64,000 nt of DNA from an uncultured Acidobacteriota bacterium (GTDB taxonomy: Bacteria > Acidobacteriota > UBA6911). The notes beneath the pieces were generated by a model. It made no database searches. It saw only the letters and a list, made by a program, of their open reading frames with translations, and was not told where the DNA came from. The translations under genes were made by a program, and so were the position numbers. This document shows, piece after piece, positions 22,217 through 32,419 of this stretch. The stretch spans positions 128,001 to 192,000 of the forward strand of contig CAWJKZ010000010.1 of NCBI GenBank assembly GCA_963843575.1, given 5' to 3'. The stretch's first letter is position 1. Every line of letters begins with the position of its first letter.

Positions 22217-22981
22217 ATGAAAAACGCGACCGAGCTGGCCAAACCCGGCAGCGCCGAGGCTAGGCTGGTAAAGAAGATCGACCCGAGCCGCCTGCCCAGG
22301 CACCTGGCGGTGATCATGGACGGCAACGGCCGGTGGGCGGGGTTGCGCAAGCTCCCACGCGTCGCCGGCCACCGCGCCGGGATAGAATCCGTTCGCGAAA
22401 TCGTCGACGTCTCCGCGCGTCTCGGCCTTCAGGTACTGACCCTGTACGCCTTTTCCGTTGAAAACTGGAAGAGGCCCCGCTCCGAGGTCCGGACCCTGAT
22501 GCGGCTGCTGAAGGAGTACATCCGGCGCGAACTGCACAACCTGCACGGGAACAACATCCGGTTCCGGGCGATCGGCAGGATCCAGGAACTCGAGCTTTCC
22601 GTGCGGCGGGAACTCGAGCACGCGATGCAGGTGACGAGCGACAACAGCGGCATGCTGCTCAACGTGGCGCTGAACTACAGTGGACGGACGGAGATCGTCG
22701 ACACCGTCAACCGGCTCATCGAACAGGTCGGCTCAAACGGCGGCGGGGCGGTCGTGACCGAGCAGGACATCTCGGGCGCGCTGTACACCTCCGGGATCCC
22801 CGACCCCGACCTCCTGATCCGAACCAGCGGGGAGATGAGGGTCAGCAACTTCCTGCTATGGCAGATCGCGTATTCGGAGATCTACGTCACACCCACGTAC
22901 TGGCCCGATTTTCGGCGCAGGGACCTGTTCGAGGCCCTGCTCGACTACCAACGCAGGGACCGGCGCTACGGCGGCATCTGA
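22217..22981 (+). CDS. uppS: Undecaprenyl diphosphate synthase (cis-isoprenyl transferase)
   Basis: HLAVIMDGNGRWA, YAFSVENWKRP, DLLIRTSGEMRVSNFLLWQ. Confidence 0.96.
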   Translation: MKNATELAKPGSAEARLVKKIDPSRLPRHLAVIMDGNGRWAGLRKLPRVAGHRAGIESVREIVDVSARLGLQVLTLYAFSVENWKRPRSEVRTLMRLLKEYIRRELHNLHGNNIRFRAIGRIQELELSVRRELEHAMQVTSDNSGMLLNVALNYSGRTEIVDTVNRLIEQVGSNGGGAVVTEQDISGALYTSGIPDPDLLIRTSGEMRVSNFLLWQIAYSEIYVTPTYWPDFRRRDLFEALLDYQRRDRRYGGI

Positions 22982-23007
22982 GGCGCGCGCTCCTCTCGGA
23001 TGGGAAC

Positions 23008-23814
23008 ATGGTCAAGCGTGTGCTCTCCGCACTGCTGCTGATCCCGGCCGTACTCGCCTTCGTCGTGTACGCGCCCCCGCGTCTTTTCCTCGCGGGACTC
23101 GCGGCGGTAGGGGCTCTCTGTCTCTACGAGTACTTCCAGCTGGTCCGGGGCATGGGGCTGGTGGCCCGGCCGTGGTTCGGCACGATCTCGTTCTGGGTGC
23201 TGATGGCCTCCTTCCACGAACAGTGGGTGCCGCCTGAGGCTGCGGCCGCCGGCGTCCTGATTGCGGCTTTCCCGGCCGTCGTCTGGAGCCGCGATCCCGT
23301 TCGCGAGAACGTTTTGAGCCTGATGGCGACTCTGTTCGGTGTGTTTTATGCCGCGCTCTCCCTTTACCCGGCGGTTCCGGTGCGCTTCAATCCTGGCGCA
23401 CCGTCGGGCTTGCACTGGATCATGATCCTGCTTGCGGTGCTCTGGGCGGGCGACACGGCGGCCCTCCTGGTCGGCCGCAGTTTGGGTCGCACCCCGTTCG
23501 CTCCCCGGATCAGTCCAAAGAAGACGAACGAAGGGGCGATCGGTGGCCTGCTGGCCGGTACCCTCGCGGCCCTCCTGCTGCAGGTGTTCGTATTCCCCGA
23601 TCTGCCTCTCGGCCACGTCGTCGCCGTGTCCCTTCTGCTGGGGGCCTTCGGGCAACTCGGCGACCTCGCGGAATCGTCGCTGAAACGTGCGGCCCAGGTC
23701 AAAGACAGTTCCCATCTGATTCCCGGTCACGGCGGCGTGCTCGACCGCATCGACAGCCTGATGTTCGCCTTCCCCGTACTCTACCTTTACCTTCTCCTGT
23801 TCAATCCGCGCTGA
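23008..23814 (+). CDS. cdsA: Phosphatidate cytidylyltransferase
   Basis: ISPKKTNEG, GDLAESSLKR, KDSSHLIPGHGGVLDRIDS. Confidence 0.95.
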   Translation: MVKRVLSALLLIPAVLAFVVYAPPRLFLAGLAAVGALCLYEYFQLVRGMGLVARPWFGTISFWVLMASFHEQWVPPEAAAAGVLIAAFPAVVWSRDPVRENVLSLMATLFGVFYAALSLYPAVPVRFNPGAPSGLHWIMILLAVLWAGDTAALLVGRSLGRTPFAPRISPKKTNEGAIGGLLAGTLAALLLQVFVFPDLPLGHVVAVSLLLGAFGQLGDLAESSLKRAAQVKDSSHLIPGHGGVLDRIDSLMFAFPVLYLYLLLFNPR

Positions 23815-23904
23815 CGGCGCCGCCGACGGGACGGGCCAAATGTTCGTGGCGTTGGCAGGCGCGATCCGATAATATTTGGGACTTACCGAGCTTGAAGGCA
23901 CTGC

Positions 23905-25092
23905 ATGAAAGCGATTTCGCTCCTGGGATCGACGGGATCGATCGGCACCAATACCCTCAGAGTCACGTCGAGTTTCCCGGAGGTGTTCCGGATCGTTGGC
24001 CTGGCCGCCGGCAGGAACGTCGCCCTCCTGGCCGAGCAGGTCGAACAGTTCCTGCCCCAGATTGTTTCCTGCAGCACCGAGAAGTCGTCGAAGGAGCTGC
24101 AGTCGCTGCTGAGGGAGCGCGGGTTCGCCATGTCGAAGACCCGCTTTGTCTCCGGCGTGGAGGGCCACGTCGAGGTGTCGTGCCATCCGGAGGCGACGGC
24201 CGTTCTGTCCGCTATCACCGGGGCCGCCGGGCTGTTGCCCACCTACCGGGCCCTTGAGAGGGGTAAGAGCGTAGCCTTGGCCAACAAGGAGACGCTGGTC
24301 ATGGCGGGCCAGCTTATGATGGCGCAGGCGCGCGCCCACGGGGTGGAGATTCTCCCGGTCGACAGCGAGCACAACGCCATTCACCAGTGCCTCAGGGGCG
24401 GGGAACACCGCGAGGTGCGCAGGCTGATTCTGACCGCTTCGGGGGGACCGTTCAGGGCATTGTCCAAGGAACAGCTCCTCTCGGTCACACGCGAGCAGGC
24501 GCTGAATCACCCGACCTGGCGCATGGGCCGCAAGATCACGATCGATTCCGCCACCCTGATGAACAAAGGGCTCGAGGTGATCGAAGCCTCGTGGCTGTTC
24601 GGATTCCGGCCCGAAGGCATCGACGTCGTGGTGCACCCGCAGAGCATCGTCCACTCGATGGTGGAATTCGTGGACGGGTCGGTTCTGGCCCAACTCGGCC
24701 TGACCGACATGAGGGTCGCCATTCAATACGCGCTCACCTACCCGGAACGGTGGCGCTCTCCCCTGCCGGGGCTGGATCTGTCCAAGCTCGCGAAGCTGGA
24801 ATTCTTTGCGCCCGACCTGGAAAAGTTCCAGTGCCTGAACCTGGCGTATCGCGCACTGCGCTCCGGAGGCACGGCGCCCGCGGTTCTCAACGCCGCCAAC
24901 GAGGTGGTCGTGGAAGCATTCCTCGAAAACGGCATCCCCTTTCACCAGATCCCCGGGATCATCGAATCGGTGCTCGACGCACATTCACCCCAGGACGCCT
25001 CGTCGATCGAGGCGGTTCTTGGTGCCGATGCCTGGGCCCGCAACGAAGCGCGCCATTATGCCGCAACCGCATCGTCCGCACATGGCCGCTGA
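23905..25092 (+). CDS. dxr: 1-deoxy-D-xylulose-5-phosphate reductoisomerase
   Basis: LGSTGSIG, LANKETLV, PVDSEH, TASGGPF, HPTWRMGRKITIDSATLMNKGLE. Confidence 0.97.
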   Translation: MKAISLLGSTGSIGTNTLRVTSSFPEVFRIVGLAAGRNVALLAEQVEQFLPQIVSCSTEKSSKELQSLLRERGFAMSKTRFVSGVEGHVEVSCHPEATAVLSAITGAAGLLPTYRALERGKSVALANKETLVMAGQLMMAQARAHGVEILPVDSEHNAIHQCLRGGEHREVRRLILTASGGPFRALSKEQLLSVTREQALNHPTWRMGRKITIDSATLMNKGLEVIEASWLFGFRPEGIDVVVHPQSIVHSMVEFVDGSVLAQLGLTDMRVAIQYALTYPERWRSPLPGLDLSKLAKLEFFAPDLEKFQCLNLAYRALRSGGTAPAVLNAANEVVVEAFLENGIPFHQIPGIIESVLDAHSPQDASSIEAVLGADAWARNEARHYAATASSAHGR

Positions 25093-25187
25093 AAACGCCC
25101 GCGGATCTCGGCGCCCCCGGCCCGCTGCATTTGTTCTTTCCCGGTGTTTGAGGCATCATAATATCGGGTGGAGGTGATTCGCGACTC

Positions 25188-26570
25188 ATGCTCCTGACTA
25201 TCTTAGCGTTCATCGTAGTGCTCGGGATCACCATCACGATCCATGAGTTCGGGCATTTCGCCATGGCCAAGCTGCTGAAGATCCGGGTCGTGGTGTTCTC
25301 GATCGGGTTCGGCCCGCGCCTCGTCGGTTTCACGCGCGGGGGGACCGAGTACCGGTTGAGTCCATTCCCGCTGGGCGGCTATGTGAAGATGGCGGGCGAG
25401 ACTTTCGACGAAGAGCGCCAGGGGGCTCCCGACGAGTTCCTGTCCCACCCCAAGTGGCACCGGTTCCTCGTCGCGATAGCCGGCCCGTCAATGAACATCC
25501 TGCTGGCAATCGCCATCGTTTCGGTATCGTACATGCAGGGGATGTACGTGCCCCGGTACCACAAAGAACCGGCGCTCGTCGGGCCGGTCGTGGCCAACTC
25601 CAGCGCCCGCAGGGCCGGGCTACAGACCGGGGATCTCGTCCTCTCGGTGCGCGGCAACGGGGTGAAGACATGGGAGGACATGGAGATCGCGCTGGCAACC
25701 GCCCCGCGTGACACGCTGGACATGGTCGTCGAACGCCAGGGGCGGCGCATCCTGATTCACTTCGATGCGCCGAACTCCGCCAACGTCGATCCGGGCAACC
25801 TCGGGTTTAAATTCTCCATACCCCGCACCATCGTGGCAAGCGTCGACCGGAGCTCGCCGGCCAAGGCCGCCGGGCTCCGTCCCGGTGATGAAATCCTCGC
25901 GGTGCGCGGCGCGGGAATGAGCGGCCACAGCTACGACGAGATCCTCAACATTATCTCCGAGAGCAAGGGCATCCCGCTGGCGTTTGAGGTCTTCCGCCCG
26001 AGCGAGCCGCTCAAACCGGGCGGAAACTGGGATAGCAGGGCCGAACCGTCGTCCGGCGAAATCGTTCAGCTGACGATCACACCGATCGAGACCGAAAAGG
26101 ACCGGGTCATCATCGGTTTCGTGCCGGAGATCCCCGCGGACCTCGAGAAGTTCGGGTTGGGTGGGGCCATCGCTCAGTCGGTGCGCCGCAATTACGAGAT
26201 GTCGGCGCTGACCTTCAAGATCATCGGCAGGATCTTCACCGGCTCGGCCTCGGTCAAGACGATTTCCGGGCCGCTCGAGATCGCACGCATATCCGGAAGC
26301 GCTGCCCGTACGGGCAGCGCTTTGGTTTTCTTCGGATTTCTTGGACTGGTAAGCCTTCAGCTCGGGGTTTTCAACCTGCTTCCGATCCCGATTCTCGACG
26401 GCGGGGTTATCGCCCTCCTCGTCATCGAGAGCGTCATCGGACGGGACCTGAGCCTCGGCATAAAGGAGAAGATCGTCCAGGTGGGGTTCGTCTTCCTGAT
26501 TCTCCTCATGGGCTTTGTTGTATTCAACGACCTGTCGAAGCTGGTCGATTTCGACAAGATCTTCCGCTAG
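25188..26570 (+). CDS. rseP: Intramembrane metalloprotease RseP (M50, PDZ domains)
   Basis: [24 protein letters not shown]; conserved uppS-cdsA-dxr-rseP order. Confidence 0.96.
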   Translation: MLLTILAFIVVLGITITIHEFGHFAMAKLLKIRVVVFSIGFGPRLVGFTRGGTEYRLSPFPLGGYVKMAGETFDEERQGAPDEFLSHPKWHRFLVAIAGPSMNILLAIAIVSVSYMQGMYVPRYHKEPALVGPVVANSSARRAGLQTGDLVLSVRGNGVKTWEDMEIALATAPRDTLDMVVERQGRRILIHFDAPNSANVDPGNLGFKFSIPRTIVASVDRSSPAKAAGLRPGDEILAVRGAGMSGHSYDEILNIISESKGIPLAFEVFRPSEPLKPGGNWDSRAEPSSGEIVQLTITPIETEKDRVIIGFVPEIPADLEKFGLGGAIAQSVRRNYEMSALTFKIIGRIFTGSASVKTISGPLEIARISGSAARTGSALVFFGFLGLVSLQLGVFNLLPIPILDGGVIALLVIESVIGRDLSLGIKEKIVQVGFVFLILLMGFVVFNDLSKLVDFDKIFR

Positions 26571-26902
26571 AAGCTGGACAGTGCCGCAGCCTCGTTGTCA
26601 TAGACCTGGAAGACGGTCAGCAGCTTGGTGATGGCTAGCAGCTCCTGGATTTTATTGGTCAGGTTCAGGAGTTTCAGCTGCCCGCCCTTGTTCGTCACCG
26701 TCGTGTAGGTGCTGACCAGTTCGCCGATCCCGGAACTGTCGATGTAGTTCACGTCGGCCAGGTTCAGAATGATCTTCTTGCCGCCGTTTGCCAGCACTTC
26801 ACGAACGGTATTGCGAATGGCCATTGTCCCCTCGCCAAGGGTGATCTTGCCGCTGCAATCCAGGATGTTCACGTCGCCAACCATCCGAGCATCGATCTTC
26901 AT
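26567..26902 (-). CDS. STAS-domain anti-anti-sigma factor
   Basis: [18 protein letters not shown] (phosphorylatable Ser motif), 111 aa. Confidence 0.92.
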   Translation of the reverse strand: MKIDARMVGDVNILDCSGKITLGEGTMAIRNTVREVLANGGKKIILNLADVNYIDSSGIGELVSTYTTVTNKGGQLKLLNLTNKIQELLAITKLLTVFQVYDNEAAALSSF

Positions 26903-26912
26903 TTTTCTCTCC

Positions 26913-27341
26913 TTAATTTGAAGACACCTTCTTCACCATGTGCACTTCCATGCCCCCGTGCGAGAGCGGCTTGAACTCGACCACGTCCATGAAGGAACGG
27001 ATGTAGAAAATACCACGACCGCTGGGCTTGAGCAGGTTTTCGGGGTCCAGCGGATTCGGCAGATCGTCTACCAGGAAGCCGGCCCCCTGATCTTTCACCG
27101 AAATGTCCAGGTGATCCGGCGCAACCTCAAACCGGATGTCGACTTTCTTGCCCTGGTCCAGTTTGTTCCCGTGTTGAATGGCGTTGGTAACGGATTCCCG
27201 GACGGACATGCCGATCCAGTGGGCTGTGTCGTCGTCGAAGCCCATGAAACTGGTTATACAGTCAGTCAGCGTCTGCACCAGATCGAGGTATTCAAGCGCG
27301 CTGCCAATGCTTACCTCGATCCTGTTGGCAATCGTATTCAT
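26913..27341 (-). CDS. RsbW-like anti-sigma factor / serine kinase (HATPase)
   Basis: [32 protein letters not shown]; directly upstream of the STAS gene. Confidence 0.9.
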   Translation of the reverse strand: MNTIANRIEVSIGSALEYLDLVQTLTDCITSFMGFDDDTAHWIGMSVRESVTNAIQHGNKLDQGKKVDIRFEVAPDHLDISVKDQGAGFLVDDLPNPLDPENLLKPSGRGIFYIRSFMDVVEFKPLSHGGMEVHMVKKVSSN

Positions 27342-27462
27342 CCGGTGGCAATCAACTGGATCGGTAACAACGTCAACGGGGAGCGTTCTCGGAACGCCGC
27401 GCGTCATCTTAATCGGCTATCTTCAAGCGTGTCAAGGGAAACAACCGCAGCCCCAAGACACG

Positions 27463-27981
27463 TCAAATCTCGGTCGGCTGGGTTGTCCCGACGATGCCGG
27501 GGGCACGTCGGTAGTCCTTCTTCGTGACCCCGGACTTGCGCAGGATCAACTCCGGCTGCCCGACACCCGAGGCATCCGGCACCTCGCCGACTTTCCGATA
27601 CCCGAGCCTCTCGAAAAAGCGCTGGGCGGGTTCGTTCGAAGCACCGATGGAAACGAAGATGTTCGGACTTCTGCCGAAGACTTTTCTCTCGACGAATCCC
27701 ATCAGCTGCCGTCCGATGCCGTGACGTCGCTTGTCCTGGCGGACGGCGATGAAGCGCACGCATCCTCCGTCCGCGATCACCGGATCGGGGATGAAGCACG
27801 CGATGCCCGTCGGGACAGAGTCCTCCTCCGCGATGAACGTGTCTCCGCGGCCCACGGCATTTTCGAGAATCCGGCGGAGGTTGTCCTCGCTGTATCCCCG
27901 AGAAATCCAGGGGTCGCTGCAGGCGAGGATCTCGAGGCTCCGAGGAACATCGCTTTCCGTGATCTCACGTATCCTGGCCAT
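27463..27981 (-). CDS. GNAT family N-acetyltransferase
   Basis: IAVRQDKRRHGIGRQL (acetyl-CoA motif A), NEPAQRFFERLGY; GGAGG RBS. Confidence 0.88.
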   Translation of the reverse strand: MARIREITESDVPRSLEILACSDPWISRGYSEDNLRRILENAVGRGDTFIAEEDSVPTGIACFIPDPVIADGGCVRFIAVRQDKRRHGIGRQLMGFVERKVFGRSPNIFVSIGASNEPAQRFFERLGYRKVGEVPDASGVGQPELILRKSGVTKKDYRRAPGIVGTTQPTEI

Positions 27982-28278
27982 CTGTTCCTCCGACCGTTGT
28001 CGTGGGACGGGGCATCGCGGGCGCGCACTGGGGAGCCTACGCCAGCCTCGCGCACAAATTTAATGCCAAACCAGGCAATGTTCAACTCTTAAGGTGCGCC
28101 GTGTCGAAACCTGTGAGCGAGCGCTCCAACAGTGGCCCTCGCGCGCGCCACAGGTCCAAAGGAAATTTTATTGGATCGGCACCATCTCGCCCCAGCCCCG
28201 GAGATCCATACAGTGCCTCCAGCGCTCCAAGGGGGGCGGCTCGCAATCGACGACCGCCCCCCCTCCAGGCTGCCGTTG

Positions 28279-28395
28279 CTACTTCTGACTCTCGTTGTTC
28301 GTCTTGGCGGATTTCTTGCTCGTACGGTTCAGGAGAAACAGGCCCACCAGGGCCGCGACCGTAAGCACAACAACTATCATGTTATCAAACGTCAT
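28279..28395 (-). CDS. Small single-pass membrane protein, 38 aa (below the ORF-track cut-off)
   Basis: MTFDNMIVVVLTVAALVGLFLLNRTSKKSAKTNNESQK*; GGGGGAG RBS 8 nt upstream; GC hairpin 28231-28262 downstream. Confidence 0.65.
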   Translation of the reverse strand: MTFDNMIVVVLTVAALVGLFLLNRTSKKSAKTNNESQK

Positions 28396-28445
28396 GGACA
28401 CAACTCCCCCGATTTTGCGATCTGCGGAAAGAAAATCTCACCGGA

Positions 28446-28799
28446 CTAAGGGCGCGGGTCGGCTGGGGGCGAGCGGGGAGAGGGACCACCGAAATCGAGA
28501 AGCCCGGGGGAGGTCTCCGGGCCGCTGTCCTCCAGCGGTCGAAAAGAACCGGGTTCCGGTTCGGGCAAGCGACCGGCGAGGAAGAGCAGCAGAAGCTGCG
28601 GCCCGCGGTCGGGGCGGTCCTGTGCGGTCGCCAGGCCGGGATAGGCCACATCCATCCGGGCGTACGATGGCGAAGCGCCGCCCAGGTCGCCGCCGCCCGG
28701 CCCGGTGAAGAGGCACACGGGCAGCAGCAGCAGCCCTGCGATCAGCGCGCTGCCCACGAAGGCCCTGAAGGCCGCTGCTTCGGTCGACGGAATTCTCAC
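28446..28799 (-). CDS. Hypothetical leader/uORF protein with N-terminal hydrophobic segment and C-terminal RSPP motif
   Basis: From GTG 28799: VRIPSTEAAAFRAFVGSALIAGLLLLPVCLF...GGPSPRSPPADPRP*. Start uncertain (ATG 28844 is an alternative); TACACT box at 28814-28809. Confidence 0.45.
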   Translation of the reverse strand: MRIPSTEAAAFRAFVGSALIAGLLLLPVCLFTGPGGGDLGGASPSYARMDVAYPGLATAQDRPDRGPQLLLLFLAGRLPEPEPGSFRPLEDSGPETSPGLLDFGGPSPRSPPADPRP

Positions 28800-29043
28800 A
28801 GCGGCCAAAGTGTACCTCAGCCCGGCACAGAGCCACAACCCCATAGGGAACAACCCGCGCGCCCCGCGAAGGGCCGCTGCGCCCGTCCGAAGGCGATCTC
28901 CTGAGCAAAAGACAGTCTGAGCCTCGACCTCCCGGCCTCTCCTCCGGCACGAAACCCGGTGTGCGGGCGCCGGAGCCAATTCTCAGCATTGTCGGGGTCT
29001 TTCCGCTATAATGCAGCGCGGTTTTCAAGAGGGAGAACTGATC

Positions 29044-29793
29044 GTGACAACTAATCTGGTACTGATCCGGCACGGGCAGAGCACGTGGAACCTGGAGAAC
29101 CGATTCACCGGGTGGACCGACGTGGACCTGACCGACCAGGGCCGCAACGAGGCGATCCTCGGCGGCAAGCTTCTGCGAGAACAGGGATTTACCTTCGATG
29201 TCGCCTACACTTCCGTGTTGCGGCGCGCCATCAAGACGCTTTGGCTGGTCATGGAAGAGACCGGTCTCGAGTGGATCCCGGTAACCCGGGCCTGGCAGCT
29301 GAATGAGCGCCACTATGGAGCCCTCCAGGGCCTGAACAAGTCTGAAATGGCGGCGAAATACGGCGAGGAGCAGGTCAAGATCTGGCGCCGCAGCTACGAC
29401 GTGCCACCCCCGCTCCTGGACCCGGACGACGAACGGCACCCACGGTTCGACAGGCGCTACGCGGCGTTGCGGCCCGAGGAACTGCCCCGAGCCGAATCGC
29501 TGAAGCTGACCGTGGAGCGCATGCTCCCATACTGGCACAGCACGATTGCTCCCGTCGTCAAGACCGGGCAACGGGTGCTCATCGTCGCCCACGGAAACAG
29601 CCTGAGGGCGCTGGTCAAGTACCTGGACGGCGTCTCCGACAAGGAGATTGTCAGCCTCAACATACCGACGGGCATCCCGCTAGTCTACGAACTCGATCCC
29701 GACCTGAAACCGCTCAGACACTATTATCTGGGGGACGAGGAGGCGGTGCGCAAAGCGATGGAAGTGGTCGCGGCGCAGGGCAAGGCCAAGTAG
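29044..29793 (+). CDS. gpmA: 2,3-bisphosphoglycerate-dependent phosphoglycerate mutase
   Basis: [48 protein letters not shown]. Confidence 0.97.
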   Translation: MTTNLVLIRHGQSTWNLENRFTGWTDVDLTDQGRNEAILGGKLLREQGFTFDVAYTSVLRRAIKTLWLVMEETGLEWIPVTRAWQLNERHYGALQGLNKSEMAAKYGEEQVKIWRRSYDVPPPLLDPDDERHPRFDRRYAALRPEELPRAESLKLTVERMLPYWHSTIAPVVKTGQRVLIVAHGNSLRALVKYLDGVSDKEIVSLNIPTGIPLVYELDPDLKPLRHYYLGDEEAVRKAMEVVAAQGKAK

Positions 29794-29926
29794 GAAGCCG
29801 GGAGCCCTCTTTCATTGGTGCGATTTCGCGGACGGGGGCAGATACCGCCCAGTCGGGGCGATGATGCGCGGGATAGTTCGCGAGCCGAAAGCCGGTCGCT
29901 GAACGGTCCGGCCACGCCGCGTTTTA

Positions 29927-32185
29927 TCACTGGCTCGGAGGATCGGCGGAGGGCCCCGCTGCCCGTGCGTCTTCGGACGCCTCCTGCCAGACCTGCTTCA
30001 CGACGTCGGCGGGATGGGCGGAGTGCAGTTCCGCCTCCAGCCGGCGCAACGCCACCCTGACGACGTCGCGGTGGTGCAGTTTGTGACCGGGTCCCTTGTC
30101 CGCCAGTTCGAGCCAGAGCCGGTGCAGCAGCTCCATGTCCTCGGGCCACAACCTCGGCGGGTGAGGGCCGAGGTTGAAGAAGATCGGTTCGCCGGTGATT
30201 TCGTCCAGGATCTCCAGCGACAGCTGCGGCCGCCGTGCGGGCAGCTTCTCCCACGCGTCGCCGAATGCCTTGGCCTGCTCGGAAGGCGTCATCTTCGCCG
30301 AGAGCCCCATCACCACCTGCGTCGACTTGAGCCTTTGGGCGACGTCGACGATCGCCCGGTTGTAGTCTCGCCCCGGCACCACCAGCAGCTCGACGTGCTT
30401 CCCCGCTTTCTCCGCGAGCGAGACGACGTTGCTGAAGAGCTCGGCGATTTTGTGCGAGAAGATCTGGTCGACGTCGAGCTCGTACCCACCGCTGCCGTGC
30501 TGGCTGACCCTTTTCACGGTGAGGACCACCACGTCGATCTTGCGGGTGTCGATGCGGTCCAGGATGCGCTTCAGGTGCTGCAGCTGGTACGGATTGCGGA
30601 CCGGGACGAGCACGTTCCCGGGCCGGGCGGTGATCGACTCCTCGGAGAGCATCTCCTGGGTCACCAGCCGGAACTTTTCGAAGTCTACCCGCTGCCCGGC
30701 TATCTTTTTCTTGTTGTAGTACTCGCTCACCTGGAAGACGCCGAAGATGGCGACGGTGAAGCCTATGCCCCAGATCGTCGCCACCTTCTTGGTGAACAGG
30801 TTCACGATGGCGAGGGAGAAGAGGGAGAGCGTGATCAGGCTCAGGCCCAACGGGATCTCCCACTTGCCGATCCTGGGGTTGAGCGGCACACGCCACTCGC
30901 GCGGCCCGGGGAGCTTGTAGCGGAGCACCAGCACCGAGAGAGCCTTCATGGCGAAGCTCCAGACGACGCCGAAGGCATAGGCGTCGCCGAGCAGCTGCAG
31001 ATCGCCCCGCGTCAGGACTACCGTGAACACCTGCAGGAAGACCACCATCGTGATCAGCCGGTAGCTGCTGCCGTACTTGCGATGGGGCGTGCGGAACCAG
31101 TCGGGGAGCACGCCGTCCTCTGCCACCCGGTTCAGCACGCCGTTGGAACCGACGATGGCGGTGTTTACTGCGCCCGACAGGATGATCGTGCCGACGACCA
31201 CCACGAACGCGTGGAACAGGAGCCTCAGGGGGAGCGGACCCACGACGTTCATCGCAAGCCCGCCGATGATGTTGTTGATATAGATGTGCACGCGCTCCTG
31301 GTCGGGTATCAACATTACGGCGAAAAACGACACGAGGGCAGTGAACATCAGGCTGTAGACGGAGATCACGAGCCCGGCGCGTTTCAGGTTCTTGAGCTTC
31401 GGCGAGGCGATTTCGCGGTTCACCTGCGCCAGGCTCTCCTCGCCGCTCATCGCCAGCAGCGAGTGACCCAGCCCGACCAGGATCGCGATGAAGGTGATCT
31501 GCGGGGCGATCGTCCCCTTCAGCCAGCCCAGGGCGTCGTCGCTGAAATGAATCGTGGAAAGGGTAGGGAACGGCACGGGCGAGTAGCCGCGGCCAAAAAT
31601 GGTGATCAGGCACCACGTGATCAGCACCACGACCATCGCCGTCGTCAACTGCATGATGCGCAGGGCCTTGAGACTCGACTCGTGCATCCCGATGACGTTC
31701 TTGCGCCAGAAATAGAGCGTCACCCCCACGGTGAAGAGCGCAGCGAAATACGGGGGGTACACCTTGAACCCCGGCGAGTTCAGAAGGTCGGCCATCTCGT
31801 TGAGCAGCCCGGCGAGGTAGAGACCCGCGCTCACGCCGCTGATGGGGCCGGTCAGGACGTAATCGAACATGAGGGCTGAGACGGCGAATTTGGCGAGGTT
31901 CCCACCCAGAGCCTCGTGCACGACGCGGTAGACGCCCCCGCGCACGAACATGCTGCAACCTTCGATGTACACCGCCCGGACGGCGTTGGCGAACAGCATG
32001 ATCCCGAGGATGAACCACGGGGCAGACTTGCCGAGGATGCTCTCGGCGATGCCACCGGCGTAATACGCCGAGGAGGCCAGATCGCAAAGCACGATGGACG
32101 CCGCCCTCCAGAAAGATATGAAGGACAGCATCACGGTGGTGGCCACTACCACCTTTGAAGCGCCGGCCCGGTCCAAAGCTCTCAT
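29927..32185 (-). CDS. APC-superfamily permease with cytoplasmic C-terminal domain (KimA-like)
   Basis: About 12 TM helices; TM1 CDLASSAYYAG, RGGVYRVV, LMFDYVLT, MSGEESLAQ, YAFGV; about 250-aa soluble C-terminus. Confidence 0.8.
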   Translation of the reverse strand: MRALDRAGASKVVVATTVMLSFISFWRAASIVLCDLASSAYYAGGIAESILGKSAPWFILGIMLFANAVRAVYIEGCSMFVRGGVYRVVHEALGGNLAKFAVSALMFDYVLTGPISGVSAGLYLAGLLNEMADLLNSPGFKVYPPYFAALFTVGVTLYFWRKNVIGMHESSLKALRIMQLTTAMVVVLITWCLITIFGRGYSPVPFPTLSTIHFSDDALGWLKGTIAPQITFIAILVGLGHSLLAMSGEESLAQVNREIASPKLKNLKRAGLVISVYSLMFTALVSFFAVMLIPDQERVHIYINNIIGGLAMNVVGPLPLRLLFHAFVVVVGTIILSGAVNTAIVGSNGVLNRVAEDGVLPDWFRTPHRKYGSSYRLITMVVFLQVFTVVLTRGDLQLLGDAYAFGVVWSFAMKALSVLVLRYKLPGPREWRVPLNPRIGKWEIPLGLSLITLSLFSLAIVNLFTKKVATIWGIGFTVAIFGVFQVSEYYNKKKIAGQRVDFEKFRLVTQEMLSEESITARPGNVLVPVRNPYQLQHLKRILDRIDTRKIDVVVLTVKRVSQHGSGGYELDVDQIFSHKIAELFSNVVSLAEKAGKHVELLVVPGRDYNRAIVDVAQRLKSTQVVMGLSAKMTPSEQAKAFGDAWEKLPARRPQLSLEILDEITGEPIFFNLGPHPPRLWPEDMELLHRLWLELADKGPGHKLHHRDVVRVALRRLEAELHSAHPADVVKQVWQEASEDARAAGPSADPPSQ

Positions 32186-32270
32186 GCCTCTGTTCGCACC
32201 TGTTCTCCACGAATGGATCGGGAATTGTACCACCAAGCGGGTGAAACCGGGGCCTGTCGAAAAAAGGCGT

Positions 32271-32419
32271 GTGGCCCCGGTCTTCAGCCCGGACGCAGTT
32301 TGCGGTCGCGATTGAGTGCAAACTTCACTAAATAGTGCAGATCAAAAGACGTCCGGGCTGAAGCCCGGACCCACTTGTCTTTCGGGCAGGCCGGGGCGTT
32401 CAACCGCTGGACGGCCTCT
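32271..32419. repeat. Inverted REP pair (REPIN-like) followed by an AGAGG(C)GTCC-type element end
   Basis: 32271-32295 gtggccccggtcttcagcccggacg vs 32350-32374, 22/25 inverted match; 32397-32419 reverse complement is agaggccgtccagcggttgaacg. Confidence 0.7.

Noticed and set aside
28104-28157. CGAAAC-stem-GTC resembling a hammerhead ribozyme; region also considered as 6S RNA
   Set aside because: No CUGANGA core in either permutation, and no long 6S-like rod with a central bubble could be folded.
29724-32321. 865-aa Arg/Pro-rich minus-strand ORF and similar long alternative-frame ORFs (22966-24984, 43658-45613, 30014-31879)
   Set aside because: They overlap well-supported genes in other frames and have composition typical of GC-rich non-coding frames.
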